A DNA stretch of 64,000 bases from Marsupella aquatica (Eukaryota; Plantae; Marchantiophyta), in assembly GCA_973895155.1 (NCBI GenBank), contig OZ316891.1, forward strand, positions 6,419,708-6,483,707, read 5' to 3'. The first letter of the stretch is position 1. Each line of letters begins with the position of its first letter. Under the pieces are notes generated by a model. It was not told the origin of the DNA, did no database searches, and saw nothing but the letters and a program-made list of their open reading frames with translations. Position numbers and translations under genes: made by a program. Positions 27,036 to 39,672 of this stretch are shown here, piece after piece.

Positions 27036-28657
27036 TAGAAAGCAGCATAGAAATTAGTGTATTTGGATTCAAAATCATTAATTTTATACTAACATTAATT
27101 TTTGTATAACACTAATTATTGTGAACAGTGTAGAAAGCAGCAGGTCAATTTTCCATTTTGGAGTCTCCATTTCTCTCCTTGTAGCTCTGACCATGAAATG
27201 ATTCGTGTATTGAATTGACACATGGAATATAGGAAAGTCCTTCCCTCTTCTTTCAGCTGTGACCATGAGGTCAGAGTCTTCCACAAGGTAGACAGGTAGG
27301 TTACCCGGGGAGCTTTCAAAACAAATCTAAGGCATGTGGTCGAAATCCTCTTCCCCTTACTGCCGGAACCTGGAAGTAGAAAATGGTTGAAACAAGTGGA
27401 CTCTGTTGGTAATCTTTCAGAATCTGTTCATACTTCACAACCATTTCCAAGGGTGCACAAGTAAACCAGAACTGGCGGGTTTCCTACTTGTATGATAAAT
27501 TCCATTGCAAGAAACATAACCAAAGGAAAACTACATGCACTCAAAATGTGGCACACGGGCAAATAAAAAATCATGTAACTGTTACAAAAGTACACAGAAA
27601 TATCATCCATTTGACAAAACAGCAACAATACTCAATAGTAAAAAAGGTGACAGCTCAAATTTTGTTTAGGATTCCCACTTCCGACTGGTGTGAATGTGAC
27701 CAGATTGTTGAATCCATCCTCCGTAGAAGTTGAACAACTTTAAGCTTCAGACAAAGAAGCTACAGATCTCACTCTTGTCATTCTACAAACTTCTTGAGTG
27801 GACACTGCAAATAATACCTTTGGATCAAAACGTCGACAGCAACAAGCTGGAATAACTCTTTCTACACCTCTCATCGACACTGATTGAACGATCGATAAGA
27901 TGTACCTACTAAATAACCGATGGTGTCTGATAGTTTAAAAAATCAATATGAGATGTCATGCACTGAAGCTCATGAAATTGATCGATTGAGTGATTGATTT
28001 TCAACCAACCTTGGTAAAGTTCTTTGTTATAGCATCCGCAAAATGCCACCAGCCAGACTCTGGTCTTTGAAATTATCAACGAGACTGAATCTCTGACAAT
28101 GCTCTCAGCTCTGGGTCGTCTACGCATACAAGCTCATTTTCACTTGAATTACGCTGCTACTACTTCGACAACAACAGGAAGATAAGGAACATCAGTCCCA
28201 CCGATAAAGTAACTCGTTCGCTACTAGCCAGACGAGCCATGTCCTCTGCTGCACTTTCCAATGCTTACATCTTCGGTTGATTGAGTCTCGAACACAGGAC
28301 ACATTTAGGGCAATCTGAACACTGCAGTCGACATACATTGACATACCACGACAAGAACTCGAATTTTTAACAAATGATAACATATTCATTTGAGGACCGA
28401 AGCCACGGTCCTTGCAATAACAGTAATAGCAACTCCGTAATTTGGGTCACAGATGCGTAATCTGGCCTGCAGCCTAACTATCTAGCATCGATGTCTGTCG
28501 TCCAGATAGTTAAGCACCGAATGCTGCAAACCCGTTCCACTCCCCTTCCTTCCTACATCTCGTCAAGAAATGGCAATTCAAAAACGGACAAAACCGGGAG
28601 TCACACTTGGATGGACTCCAGAGCGTCCTCCTCTCTGCTTCGTATCACTAAGCCGAT

Positions 28658-29594
28658 TTACTTCTTTTTATCTTTGTCACCACCGGCGGCCCTGTTGCAC
28701 AGAACGGCGAAACAATCAGAATAGGGCACAGAAAGGCTACAAACAGCAGGCTACGACAATAGTAAGTAAAAGCTTAAAGGTGCGGCAACAAACCTGGACT
28801 TCCGGAGGACGGTAGTCATCTCCTCTCTTTTCCTCTTGGCACGCAAATGGGTGCCCAATTTCTTCTTGGCGACCTTCAAAGCCCGCTTGTCCTTACCGAC
28901 CTTCAACAACTCCGTGATTCTCTTCTCATACGGTGCGAATCCAACAACCTCGCGGATCAAAGACCTCACCATCTTGGTTCTCTTTCCGAGTTTCTGCAAA
29001 GCCAGCAAATCAACACGCATATCGTCAGACATACAAACCACACTAGCAAATTTCCCTAATCAACAGTTCCCGAAAGTAAACCAGCAAAAACCACTTGTCG
29101 TTCAGTACCTCACATCCCAAAGCTATTTCCCATTCTGCGCTCTCCGTCCCTTTCCTTTCTGTTGCCCCTCTTCGTTAGACCCTCAAACACTGCAGCGGCT
29201 ACGCCACCCCCGTCCATCCGGAACAACACAAAAACTCACAGGCCCCTTAAACCCGTTTCTTCAATCCTTTTGCTACTCGTCCCATCAACACTCAATTCCC
29301 AAAAAACCACCTCTAAGACTACCGCAACTATTGTAGCATACACGGAAGAGGCAGGGTACCGGGAAACGGAGAACCACGACAACATGGTAAATAATCTTCA
29401 TTCATGTCTTCAATTCATACAACAGAATGCCACGAAAGAGATGAGGATCGAAACCCTAGGAGACGGGGTATAACAGTAGCGAATGCACATACCCCCTTGG
29501 TCGAGGAGGGGCGGGGAGCGAGCTCCCGCTTGGTGACGATGTGGCCCTTGTTCAAGCCCACGGCAATACCGCTGCTGGCCACGGCGGGCGCCAT
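28658..29594 (-). CDS. RPL36: 60S ribosomal protein L36 (eL36), three coding exons: 29594-29493, 28993-28794, 28691-28658
   Basis: Spliced translation [115 protein letters not shown] junctions are in phase. Confidence 0.97.
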
Positions 29595-29790
29595 CGCTGC
29601 TGCAGATCCGAAGCACCTCCGCGAAGAAACGATCCCGACACAAAATTCAGCGAGACGAGTGACGAATGTCGATCAGAGCTTCCAAAGAGAAATGCTCGAC
29701 GGCCGCTGCGCCTCTTTTCACCAGAGTCTAGAAGAGAGAGGAAAGGAAATGAAAGGAAGGGGATGGGAGGGAAGACGGGGCCAGGCACCG

Positions 29791-29798
29791 AAACCCTA
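29791..29798 (+). promoter_or_regulatory. Telo-box (AAACCCTA) in the RPL36 promoter; a second copy at 29451 in intron 1
   Basis: Exact motif. Telo-boxes are established elements of plant ribosomal protein gene promoters. Confidence 0.65.
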
Positions 29799-29824
29799 GC
29801 CTCGGCCCCAGCCTTGCGGACGGG

Positions 29825-31370
29825 AGCCCTCGGCCCTGGCCCTCGTCCGAGAACCGCGTAGCTTGCGTGGAGAGCGTCCGTTTCCTCTGTAGGTGTTGTT
29901 CACTACAGTAGCTAATTATCATGGTTTTTTGTGGCCGGGAGCTCAGTTGGCGAACCTTGGCCCCGGCCCTTGTCCGAGAACCCCGTAGCTTGTGTGGAGA
30001 GCATCTGTTTCCTCAGTAGGTGTGGTTCACTACAGTAGCTAATAGGGCGTCTCAAACTTTACGTTGCTGCTTCTAGTTGCGGTCAGACACTGAATCCCGG
30101 GAAAAAAGTGGTAGACACAAAAATCCATGTCCGCACACTGCTGAACCGTGACCAAAACTGCTAGTTCCGGGTCTCTCTTTTTTCCCGCGACTCCAAGGAT
30201 TGAGACGCCCTAATATATCGTGGTTTTGGTGGCCGGGAGCTCAGTGGGTGAACCTTGGCCCCGGCCCTTGTCCGAGAACCATGTAGCTTGCATGGAGAGC
30301 GTCCATTTTCTCAGTAGGTGTGGTTCACTACAGTAGCAAATTACCATGGTTTTTGTGGCCGGAAAGTTGGCAAACCTTGGCCCTGGCCCTCATCCGAGAA
30401 CCACGTATCTTGCATGGAGAGCGTCCATTTCCTCAGTAGGTGTGGTTCACTACAGTATGTGTGGTTCACTACAGTAGCAAATTACCATGGTTTTTGTGGC
30501 CAGGAGCCCAGTTGGTGAACCTTGACCCCGGCCCTCGTCGGAGAACCGCGTAGCTTACGAGGAAAGCATCCTTTTCCTCAATACTGTGGTTCACTACAGT
30601 ACTGCTGAACCACAGTACTGTATCTAATTACTATGGTTTTTGCGGCCAGGAGCTCAGTTGGCAAACCTCGGCCTTGGCCCTTGTCCAATAAGCAAGTAGC
30701 TTGCTTGGAGAGCAGGTTCGCCAACCAAACTCCTTGCCAAAAAAAAAAAACAGTAGATAGCTCCACGGTCCACCTCATTTAGTGTTTAGCCTTTTAAATT
30801 CACCGTTTACGTCTCACATAAAAATAGTGTGTCACATTATTTCAGGTGTCACACTAATTAGAGTTCACAAGAAAGTCACACTTTTGGGCTCACTAAGTGA
30901 GATGTTCACCTTGAATACTACACACTGAGAATCTAGGCATAAAACTAAGACTCAAGAAGACTCTCATTATGAAGTAACATCATGACTTAACATACTTCAT
31001 TAGTGTGATTTGGGTTGGAAAAAAATGTTCACACAATAAAGTGTGAGTCACTTTAATTTTGGTGTCACACTAATTATATACTCAAACTATTTACGGTAGA
31101 CAGTGTAGTGAACCACTCTAGTGAGGAAATATATACGCCCACTCTCCACACAAGCTACACAGGCTAGGTATTGGACAATGTCCGGGGCCAAGATTTGCCA
31201 ACCAAATTCCTAGCCAAAAAACACCATGGTAATTAGCTAGTGTACCACAATAGTGGGGAAATGGACTCTCTCGCTCTAGCTAATTACTGTGGTTTTTTGG
31301 CTGGGAGTTTGGTGGTGAATCTTGGCCCCAGCCATCGTCCCATACTTGTGTAGCTTGGGTGGAGAGCGGG
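29825..31370. repeat. ~118-bp tandem array (about 7 units to ~30740), followed by one inverted and one direct degenerate unit at 31105-31370
   Basis: Unit ccttggccccggcccttgtccgagaacc.cgtagcttg..tggagagc.tcc.tttcctcagtaggtgtggttcactacagtagctaatt...ggtttttgtggccgggagctcagttgg recurs. Confidence 0.9.
30044..30211. mobile_element. 168-bp MITE (Tourist/PIF-like) inserted in one array unit
   Basis: Perfect TIR agggcgtctcaa...ttgagacgccct with AAT on both sides (a TA-flanked reading is also possible); absent from sibling units. Confidence 0.8.
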
Positions 31371-32262
31371 ATTTCAAAGTGCACACGTTCAATTTCACTA
31401 GGAATCCACAGTTTATGGTGAGTATATTATTTATTATAGGACAGAAATGGGCAATAGCAAGGAAGGAACAGGGGGAGGAAATGATGCTTTTATATGATTG
31501 GGCAGGTGTGGTTTGAGGGGCTATTACAATATCATTTTCATTGGGCAACAACAGCCCTTCCAAACTAAAGCCTTTGTTTCTCAGGGCATTATGGCCCAAA
31601 ATGCCCTGTAAGTAGGTTATTACTATATATATTTGAGTGTCCATTGTGATATTTGTTTTGTAATTATAATGGGGTGCTTAATGGAGAAGAATGCCCACTC
31701 CAGATTTGATCTACGAACTATGAAACATCTCATCTACAATTACTAAATTAAAGTAGTAAAACATTAAAATAATCTCAGGCCATTAAGTGTAGCCCCTAAA
31801 ACCTCAAGTTAAAGCCATCATTTTGAGGGCCATCACAAAAATCATTTTGGGTCATTTGACGTTTCATTAATGTAGAATAGATTGGTGCAAATTTCTACAT
31901 CAATTGATGTAGTTTCTATTATTGTTAAGGATTGCTCTTAGTCATGTGACTCAAAGGTTACGGTAATTAGGTTAACCTCAGTTAGGGACTTAATTGAGGT
32001 TAGGCTAGTCGTGTGTGACAGACCTAGCTTGCATATACCAGGTTAGCGTAAGCCGCTGGTATGTGGTGCTTGCTCATTGTAATGGAACAACTTGAGGAAG
32101 AGAGAGAGCTTGTGTGTTCTACTACTCTGAAGTAAAGTTAGTGTGTTCGAGTGGACGTAGCCTTTGAGAAGAGGTGAACCACATATGGATTGTGTCGACT
32201 ACGTGAGCATGGTATGAGTCATGATCGTATCATTATGAAGGAAGATGTCATAGTTCAACAAT

Positions 32263-32274
32263 TGGTATCAGAGC
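32263..32274 (+). promoter_or_regulatory. Primer-binding site complementary to tRNA-iMet
   Basis: TGGTATCAGAGC, 2 nt after the LTR-terminal CA. Confidence 0.9.
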
Positions 32275-35200
32275 AATCTTGGGAGGTGACGCTGAGGTGA
32301 CGATAAACATAAGCAAAAGCCAATAGCACTTGCAACGTATCCCGCATAGACGCCGTAGGCGCGTTGAAATAACGAGAAAGATTTACCTTTAATCTATATC
32401 CGCATTGAGACAAAAAATAGAATTTTACCATCATTATCGCCGATGATTTGTGTCATTATTGGCTCTACCTTTCATGAATTTTTCATGACGTGTTTGTGAT
32501 GTTTTTTCCAACGGTTAGTGCCGGTGGATTTCACGGAGTTCCATCGCATGGAACTTGGAGCTGTTGGGCTCATTGGATAGATCGGGGCAAGGGCATTCTA
32601 ATGGTGCTTAGAAATCACTGAACGGAGTTTGTGGTGTAGAGGAATTCACATTTCCACCGTTCTGGATTTTTTGTGATTCGTGTTTGACGGTTTTTCTTTG
32701 ACGGTTTTTGTGGGAGGGACTTGAGATTGTTTACTCGATGGTGTGAGCTTTGCGGTGCGCAAGGCATCACATATTATAGCTCAAATTGTAGATCGGGCGA
32801 AGCTGGTCATTTCGGTATCAGGTGTGGTGAAAAGGATAAATTGAGTGTGACGGTATGAGTGACGGAGTCATTTCTGGTTTTGTTTATGGCTATGGAGAAA
32901 TAGCCTTGACTGAACTGGGTTTCTTGTCATTGGGTCCAACTTGGAGGAAGATTCGTGAAGTGCTACGGCTTAAAGGAGAGATCATGGCGAGGCGGTCATT
33001 TTGAGCTTGGGATTGGCACTTGACGCGGAGCAAGCAAGTTGCAGTGAATGTTTGTACGTTGCTGGACCTGCTGACGGCAAGGCGACAAAGGAGGCAAAAT
33101 CCGAAAACATTTTTTCCTATCAGCGGCATTAACTTGACCAAGCGACAAGGGGTGTAAAAAGGGAAACTTTTTTTGTAAGGGTCAAATTTTGCTTTTAAAG
33201 GGGTGTTTTCTCGTGTGTATACACACCTCGGCCCCCTTGAGCCCCTTATACACATAACCCCGCTCCTCCCTGACTACTCTATTTTGTGGCTACGACTACC
33301 TCACCGATCGGTGGCTTTTTTTGCCGCTCCCCGCATCCCGCCCTTTGCCTGCTAGTTAGTCATAGCCGCAACTCAGTTTCCTCCCCCCTCCCTCTTCGCA
33401 CCCGGTATCCCCCTCCCGCACTTGTTTCTTTGTCGCCGCTTTGCGGCATCATTTCAGTTCTCGGCCCAGCTCGCCCCCGGTCACCTATATTCGGCCCCTT
33501 CTTTCCCCGACCATACGCCTTCTACGCCCTTGTACATACCGCCTGGCCGGTCACGCGTATAGGGATTTTTGGGGTATAGGGCCTTTTTGGGCCGTATTTT
33601 CATGTTAAGGGGCTTAAACCCCCCTTTAGGCCTGGTTTTTTTAATTTCTTTTTTCCGCCTCTCATTGGTTAGGCGGCATCCCGGGCCCGATGACCCGCCA
33701 ATTTAACTACTTGGATAGGGAGAACGGCCCCCTGTGAGACCTGCTACACAGTCGGAGAATATTGCTGAAAAATAGAGAGCGTGCTTTTGGCCATTTGTAA
33801 AAGATTCTGACTTGAAGATGATAACTTTTTGGGTTCTTTTTTGGTGAGGGTGGAGCCATTGAAGTCGGGACTGAAGCTACCAACGCGGTGCACTAATCAA
33901 TTTGTATTCTGGTTATTCCCTGAGGTGGTCAAAATATTTTTCATCGAAGCTTGATTTCAATTTTAGATTTTGGCGTTGGTTTGCTAGGCTAGCGGGCTAT
34001 GTGGTGGTGATATAAGCTACAAGTTTTTTTAGAAGTTGCAAAAATTGATTTTTTTTCCATGATGTTGAGTTGAGTTGGGATGGAAGAAAGGAAAAAGCGA
34101 CAAAAGGATATAGGAAGCAACGTATCAATAGCACGTGAAGAACGTTGGGAGGACAGAGACGGCATCCAAGTTTGGAGGTGTCAAGTTTGAGGTAGAAAAG
34201 TATGATGGACGGACGGATTACTTGCTATGGGAAAAACTGGTCAAGAGAATTCTTCATGCTATGGGCCTAGATCATCTACTGGGGAGGAGTCTAGCAGTGA
34301 AGAGGAGATCCCGTTGAGAAAATGGAGGCAGGAGCAAGGGATCGTTGTTCATGCGGTGATGTTGTATCTCAAACCGCATATCATCAAGAAGTTGGATGAC
34401 TACGAGGATTGCGTATGCTTGTTCAAGTCTCTAAGAGACAAGCTACCACAAAGATGCCTCAAATCGGTTATACAAGAAGTCTCTCTTGATGAGCTTGAGG
34501 CTCAAAGAAGGAGGCAAGCTTAGAGATCACTTGGATAAATTTGACAGCCTAGCTATGGATTTATCAAATCTTGGCAAGGGAGTGGAAGATGAAGACTCGG
34601 GGCCTCAGTATACAGAGGCCCCCATACCACGCTCGATGTTTTGGTCCCTTGTGACCCTAACTTATTAAGTAAAATATTTTTTTCTCCCTCCCTACCATAC
34701 TTAGAAGAATTCCAAATCCTTAAATTTTGACCCCTAAAAAAGGTTAAGTAAATTTTTGGCTTCATTTAAACATACCTTACTAAGAAAAGAAAAGTTCTTT
34801 CAAATGCGTACCTTTTTTGAGTGTTTGTCAAGATTATTCGAGTCTTATTGAAGCCCTCCTATGCTCCTTTGCATTGGCATCCATGATGTCTCATCATAAA
34901 AAACTTATAATATATAGTGTTGATGCTTCCACTAAGAATCTCAATTCTAGTAGAAGCTTCAGGAATATACAATATGAGTTGTTCATATTTGCAATCTCCT
35001 ATGCTTACAGTCTCATGTGAAAGGTAGGTACGTGCACCAAAAGGAAATTGAGTTAACAATCTGAATGAGTGTATGTGGCAGAGGGAAATTGAACCCCTGA
35101 TTGAGCAAGAAGCTCAAGTATCCAAATCTGCCACCCCCTAACCTATTCCCCTAACCTATCCCTTGTACCTACTTAAACCACTACCATGACTATGGATACA

Positions 35201-36346
35201 TGCACATCATTCAACTCTAGACATGGTCTCTAGATAAGTATCCAAAGCTTGTTTGTCAACTCGATCTAACACATACACTAAGCCAATCCCTTGTTTCATG
35301 GTCAAAGTAACATTAGTCATCACCATTTCTATATCAATCCATTGTAAATCAATAGTATCATAAGTGAATTCAACCTTGCTTGAGCTTGTTGGCTTATACC
35401 AATTAAATAAAAACTAACAAATACTCCCTATGTGTCCATGAGGACGTGTAGGCCTGTCAAGCAAATCAATAGCAGATCTCACTCTAGTCCATTGTCCCTT
35501 AACTTTCTGTCTCATCATCATAATCCGACCAAGCCAAAATTCTTTCTTGGCTTGAACTTCTGGTTCCTGAGTCCTAGCTTTACCTCTTCCCTTACCTTTC
35601 CCCTTCTTTGATCTTGTAGAAGGGCCTGCAGCATTAGCACTTTCAAATGCTACTCCACAATCACTCCCAACATCAACAAAACAGGTCGCAGTATTTGGAT
35701 CACATTGTTTCCTCTTACCAAGATTATATGCCACTTGTTTCACCCTTGTGAGCCTATCCTTGGACAAATGAGGGTTGCCCACTAGTTGACTCACCAAAGT
35801 AGATTTGTAAATTGTTCTGCTCTCATAGGTAACTGTAGGCAACACCTTCCTCTTTTCCTGTAGAGGGCTCTGAATAGACTTTGTAAGATCAGCCACAACA
35901 GAAGACAACACATGACGAACCTCATGCCCCAAAGTATCTATCTCTACAGAATGAGGTTCTGGTACATCTAACTCAGCCCCATCCTGCAAAACATCGTTAG
36001 GAATGGTTAGCTCATCTGTCAACCATGCATCAATTCGATTTAGATCTTCCTCAGGGTCTTCAAATTCATGAAACTCTCCTTCTGGACGAGGTCCAATTGG
36101 AGATCTATGCTCTACATGGTCTTCAGAATCGTCAACAACAACTGCCTTTGCTATGACAGCTGAATCTGGCCATGTTTCACCTTCCACATGCCAGGGGTGA
36201 GTCCACCATCGCTTTCTTGATGCTGGCAGATCACTTCGGGGAGACATTCGCAACCTTCTAAGGAACTCTTTTGCTTCTTCAAATCCTTCTTTCAAGGCTG
36301 CAACCACCAACTCATTAGTTTGCACTTCAGAGTAATCAAAAAGATT

Positions 36347-39300
36347 GGATGGGAATGACGGATCCCCCTTCTGACCCTCACATGAGATTTGCACAGGCTT
36401 TTCAAAGGATAAGGCAATGCTATATGACCCTACAGGCTTCTCCCCTTCCACGCGACCAGGAGATGTTACTATTGAAAGAGAAACTTCGCCTACTGAAGAT
36501 TACAATCATGGAAGATTACTCCCCCGATAGCATCAGGGATTTTGCAAACACTAAGGACAGTGTACGTTCTTTAGAGCTAGAAGAAGCGCATCACTGTCGC
36601 AGACTCTCTCGAATTAAATGGCTTGGGCAGGGGGATGAGCCTTCTAAATTCTACTTCTCAACTGTGAAAGCAAAGAGGCAGCGAGAAAGAATGGAGTACT
36701 TGGTGGTGGAAGGAGGACGCGAAATACTGGATGAAAAACTTGTGGTTCAAGAATTACAGAGCTTCTGTGAGGCCCTTTACTCACCACCTGTGCGGACTGC
36801 TGAAGCCCTCAGAGATATGTATGCAGCTCGTAGAGAACTGACCCAAACCACTCATTTTGCCCCTTCGTCGGCAAAAATCAAAATGCTGGAAGAGCTTCCC
36901 TCTACGAGAGAGATACAGGAGACACTAATGATGCTACCCAATGACAAGGCTCCTGGAATCGACGGAATGACGGCAGAAGTGTTCAGAGCTTGCTGGAACT
37001 TCATGGAAGCCGATTTTCATGACATGATTTCTGATTTCTGGAGGACAGGACAACTTGCCTCCTGTATCCGTGATGGTGTGATTCGGTTTATTTCGAAGAA
37101 AACGGATAAACGTCGTTTAGGAGATTGGAGAGCTTTGACCATGCTTACCACTACCTATAAACTCATTGCTAAACTGTTGGCCCTCAGGTTAAAAATACTA
37201 CTTCCCAGTATGATTAGCCCGCAACAGACTGGCTTTATCCCTGGTAGGCACATACTGGAAAACATCTCCCTCACCTGGCTGGCCAATGATTGGATTAATT
37301 GTACCAGGACGCCATCTCTTTTCTTGAAACTGGACTTTGAAAAAGCTTTTGACAGAGTAGATCATTCCTACATCTGGGAAACGATGTACTTGTTAGGGAT
37401 AGGATCCCACTTTATTTTTCTTGTCAAATCGTTGATTGGTGGTGCTACCTCCAGGGCTCTGGTTAATGGCCTCTGGACCGCTGATGTGAGGATGTGCAGA
37501 GGGGTACGACAAGGCTGCCCACTTTCCCCTTTACTTTTTGTTCTATCTACTCAACCGCTCATGGATTTTTTCAAGGCTGAAATTGAGGCAGGTCGACTAC
37601 AGGGTATACAGGTGTCTTCAGTTTTGACTATCTGCTTTAGACTCTTTGCTGATGACCTTGGGATGTTCATTCCTGCCACAGCGGAGTCTTTTGAACAGGC
37701 TAGATGTGCTATTAATTGCTATGAGCGTGTGACGGGTGCTAAATTAAATCTAAGCAAATCGGTGGTGGTGCCTATTGCATTAGATGACATCCCTGGTTGG
37801 CTTAGGGAGACTGGCTGCCTGATCAGTGCGGAAGGAGTTGTCCAAAAATACCTCGGGGCACCCTTCGGTTACGGTCTCTCCGAGGCACAATTGCATGGTT
37901 TTTGTCTTGACAGGATCAGTGCTCGGCTCTCATCTTGGTCTACTCGGTTTCTTTCATTCACTGGTCGGGTGCTACTGGTCAAGCATGTCCTACAGGCTAT
38001 CCCGGTCTACCACATGATGTTTCTCAGGTCACCTAGTTCCTTGGCTAAGAGACTGATAGCCTTGAGTCAGGTCTTTCTATGGGGGATGAATAAACAGGGA
38101 GGGAAGCGGATCTCCCTGGTGGCCTGGTCCAAGTTATGTCGACCCAAGATGGAAGGTGGTCTGGGCTTTAAAGAATTTTGCAGTCATTCTGATGCCCTCT
38201 TGAGCAGGTGGTTTACTGGAGCACTGGATCATCCAGGGTCGGAGTGGGCTCTAATGTATGCTGAGAATTTACTGCTGACAAAATGGAGAAACTTTAAGAC
38301 TGTCCGTAGAAACCGCTACTCCATGCAGGACAAGATTCTTTTGAGCACACCTCGTTCTTTTGGCCGTTTACAGTACACAGGACAGATTTGGAGTGCTTGG
38401 ATGCAGGTGAGAGGGAATCTGATCTTCTGTCCTGGCACCGGCTCAATTCCCGGTCATTGGGGGATCGAAGACCTTCTTAGATGCTTACATGGATACTACG
38501 ACTTGCAGGAGGACATCAGAACTAGCATTGTTAAGATTTGTGGGAAACTGGGGATCAGGAAAGTATGTGACTTTTGGTCCCCTGCTGTCCACGAGTGGAA
38601 GGACTTACATGATAAGATGCATCGCATTCGTGGGCTCCCTGAGGATCTCAAGAGAACTTGCTTTGCTCTTCTGGATACAATCCGTTTGACTACCTTCCAG
38701 GGAAGTAACATGGACTCCCCTGCCAGACAATGGCGTTGGCTTGATCTTGCTTCACATCCCAAGCTATTTGTTTTATCTAATCATAGGATTTATGATATGC
38801 TCCGCACTAAGGGATCTGATTACGTTCGGCTAAACAGGATCTGGGATGTCATGCTTTCAGAGAAAGAATGGAGTGATGTCTGGCAGATTTCTTGGAAATC
38901 TGATCTGTCCACCAGGGCTAAAACCTTTGTATGGCGTGTTCTTGCCCAGGGCCTGTTCTCCGGATCCAGGGCTTTGCGGATTTTGAAGTCTGATGGCTGC
39001 TGTGAGCTCTGCCGGGGGGTGATTGAGACTATCCCACACCTTTTCTTTCACTGCCGACATGCACAGAGCTGCTGGAGCGAGACAAGTGGCTGGTTGAATG
39101 GACAGATTATTGGCCAGGACTTTAGCATTTTTGATCTCCTACTGTCTTGCCGTGTGAAGTCCCCACTGAGCACACTACGTGCCTTTTTAATCTACCAAAT
39201 CCTCTGGAATATCTGGACTGCTCGGAATGGACAGATCTTTGACTTGACAAAGACCACGAAACGCAACTTTGATCAAATAGCTGTTATTTCTGGGACGCTT

Positions 39301-39672
39301 GATCATCTTTCTGGGGTGACAGTCACATCTGGAACAAGCAAGAAACATGATCGTCTGATGGGTGCTACTGTTATGCTGGATAGAGAAAGAAGCAAGATTT
39401 TAGGTGGTAGAATTAGACGTATTGAATCTTCATGAAAGTAATGTCCCTCTGCTGGACTTTGGATGGCCTGCCCTTCACGTTTGTTTTTTAGATATGTGCT
39501 TTTGGCCTGCCAAGAGCCTAGTGTTAGAAAGATACCATGCTCCTTACTGGACTCTTTGGTCTTGGAGCTTGTACCCACTGCCCTTTTGGGACTGTTGCCG
39601 TTTGGCCTGCTTGGTCCCCTCATCCGTGGGGTTCACGCGGAATAAAATTCAAATTAAAAAAAAAAAAAAAAA
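36347..39672 (+). mobile_element. 5'-truncated L1-clade LINE inserted antisense into the transposase
   Basis: AATAAA at 39641, poly(A) to 39672, and an 18-bp TSD AGAGTAAT(C/A)AAAAAGATT at 36329-36346 and 39673-39690. Confidence 0.93.
36349..39435 (+). CDS. LINE ORF2 fragment: reverse transcriptase + zf-RVT; no endonuclease domain
   Basis: KAPGIDG, WRALTML, QTGFIPGR, KLDFEKAFD, GVRQGCPLSP, LFADD, KYLG, CELC...ETIPHLFFHC. Confidence 0.95.
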   Translation: MGMTDPPSDPHMRFAQAFQRIRQCYMTLQASPLPRDQEMLLLKEKLRLLKITIMEDYSPDSIRDFANTKDSVRSLELEEAHHCRRLSRIKWLGQGDEPSKFYFSTVKAKRQRERMEYLVVEGGREILDEKLVVQELQSFCEALYSPPVRTAEALRDMYAARRELTQTTHFAPSSAKIKMLEELPSTREIQETLMMLPNDKAPGIDGMTAEVFRACWNFMEADFHDMISDFWRTGQLASCIRDGVIRFISKKTDKRRLGDWRALTMLTTTYKLIAKLLALRLKILLPSMISPQQTGFIPGRHILENISLTWLANDWINCTRTPSLFLKLDFEKAFDRVDHSYIWETMYLLGIGSHFIFLVKSLIGGATSRALVNGLWTADVRMCRGVRQGCPLSPLLFVLSTQPLMDFFKAEIEAGRLQGIQVSSVLTICFRLFADDLGMFIPATAESFEQARCAINCYERVTGAKLNLSKSVVVPIALDDIPGWLRETGCLISAEGVVQKYLGAPFGYGLSEAQLHGFCLDRISARLSSWSTRFLSFTGRVLLVKHVLQAIPVYHMMFLRSPSSLAKRLIALSQVFLWGMNKQGGKRISLVAWSKLCRPKMEGGLGFKEFCSHSDALLSRWFTGALDHPGSEWALMYAENLLLTKWRNFKTVRRNRYSMQDKILLSTPRSFGRLQYTGQIWSAWMQVRGNLIFCPGTGSIPGHWGIEDLLRCLHGYYDLQEDIRTSIVKICGKLGIRKVCDFWSPAVHEWKDLHDKMHRIRGLPEDLKRTCFALLDTIRLTTFQGSNMDSPARQWRWLDLASHPKLFVLSNHRIYDMLRTKGSDYVRLNRIWDVMLSEKEWSDVWQISWKSDLSTRAKTFVWRVLAQGLFSGSRALRILKSDGCCELCRGVIETIPHLFFHCRHAQSCWSETSGWLNGQIIGQDFSIFDLLLSCRVKSPLSTLRAFLIYQILWNIWTARNGQIFDLTKTTKRNFDQIAVISGTLDHLSGVTVTSGTSKKHDRLMGATVMLDRERSKILGGRIRRIESS

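Noticed and set aside
29825-30740. Array resembling CRISPR or 5S rDNA (~118-bp unit)
   Set aside because: No unique spacers or cas genes, the context is eukaryotic, and there is no recognisable 5S rRNA sequence.
36347-36451. N-terminus of ORF 35414..36451 (and the C-terminal FFFFLI of ORF 39649..40806)
   Set aside because: Read-through into antisense LINE sequence and poly(A); the true join is EDAPNLFDYSEVQ.
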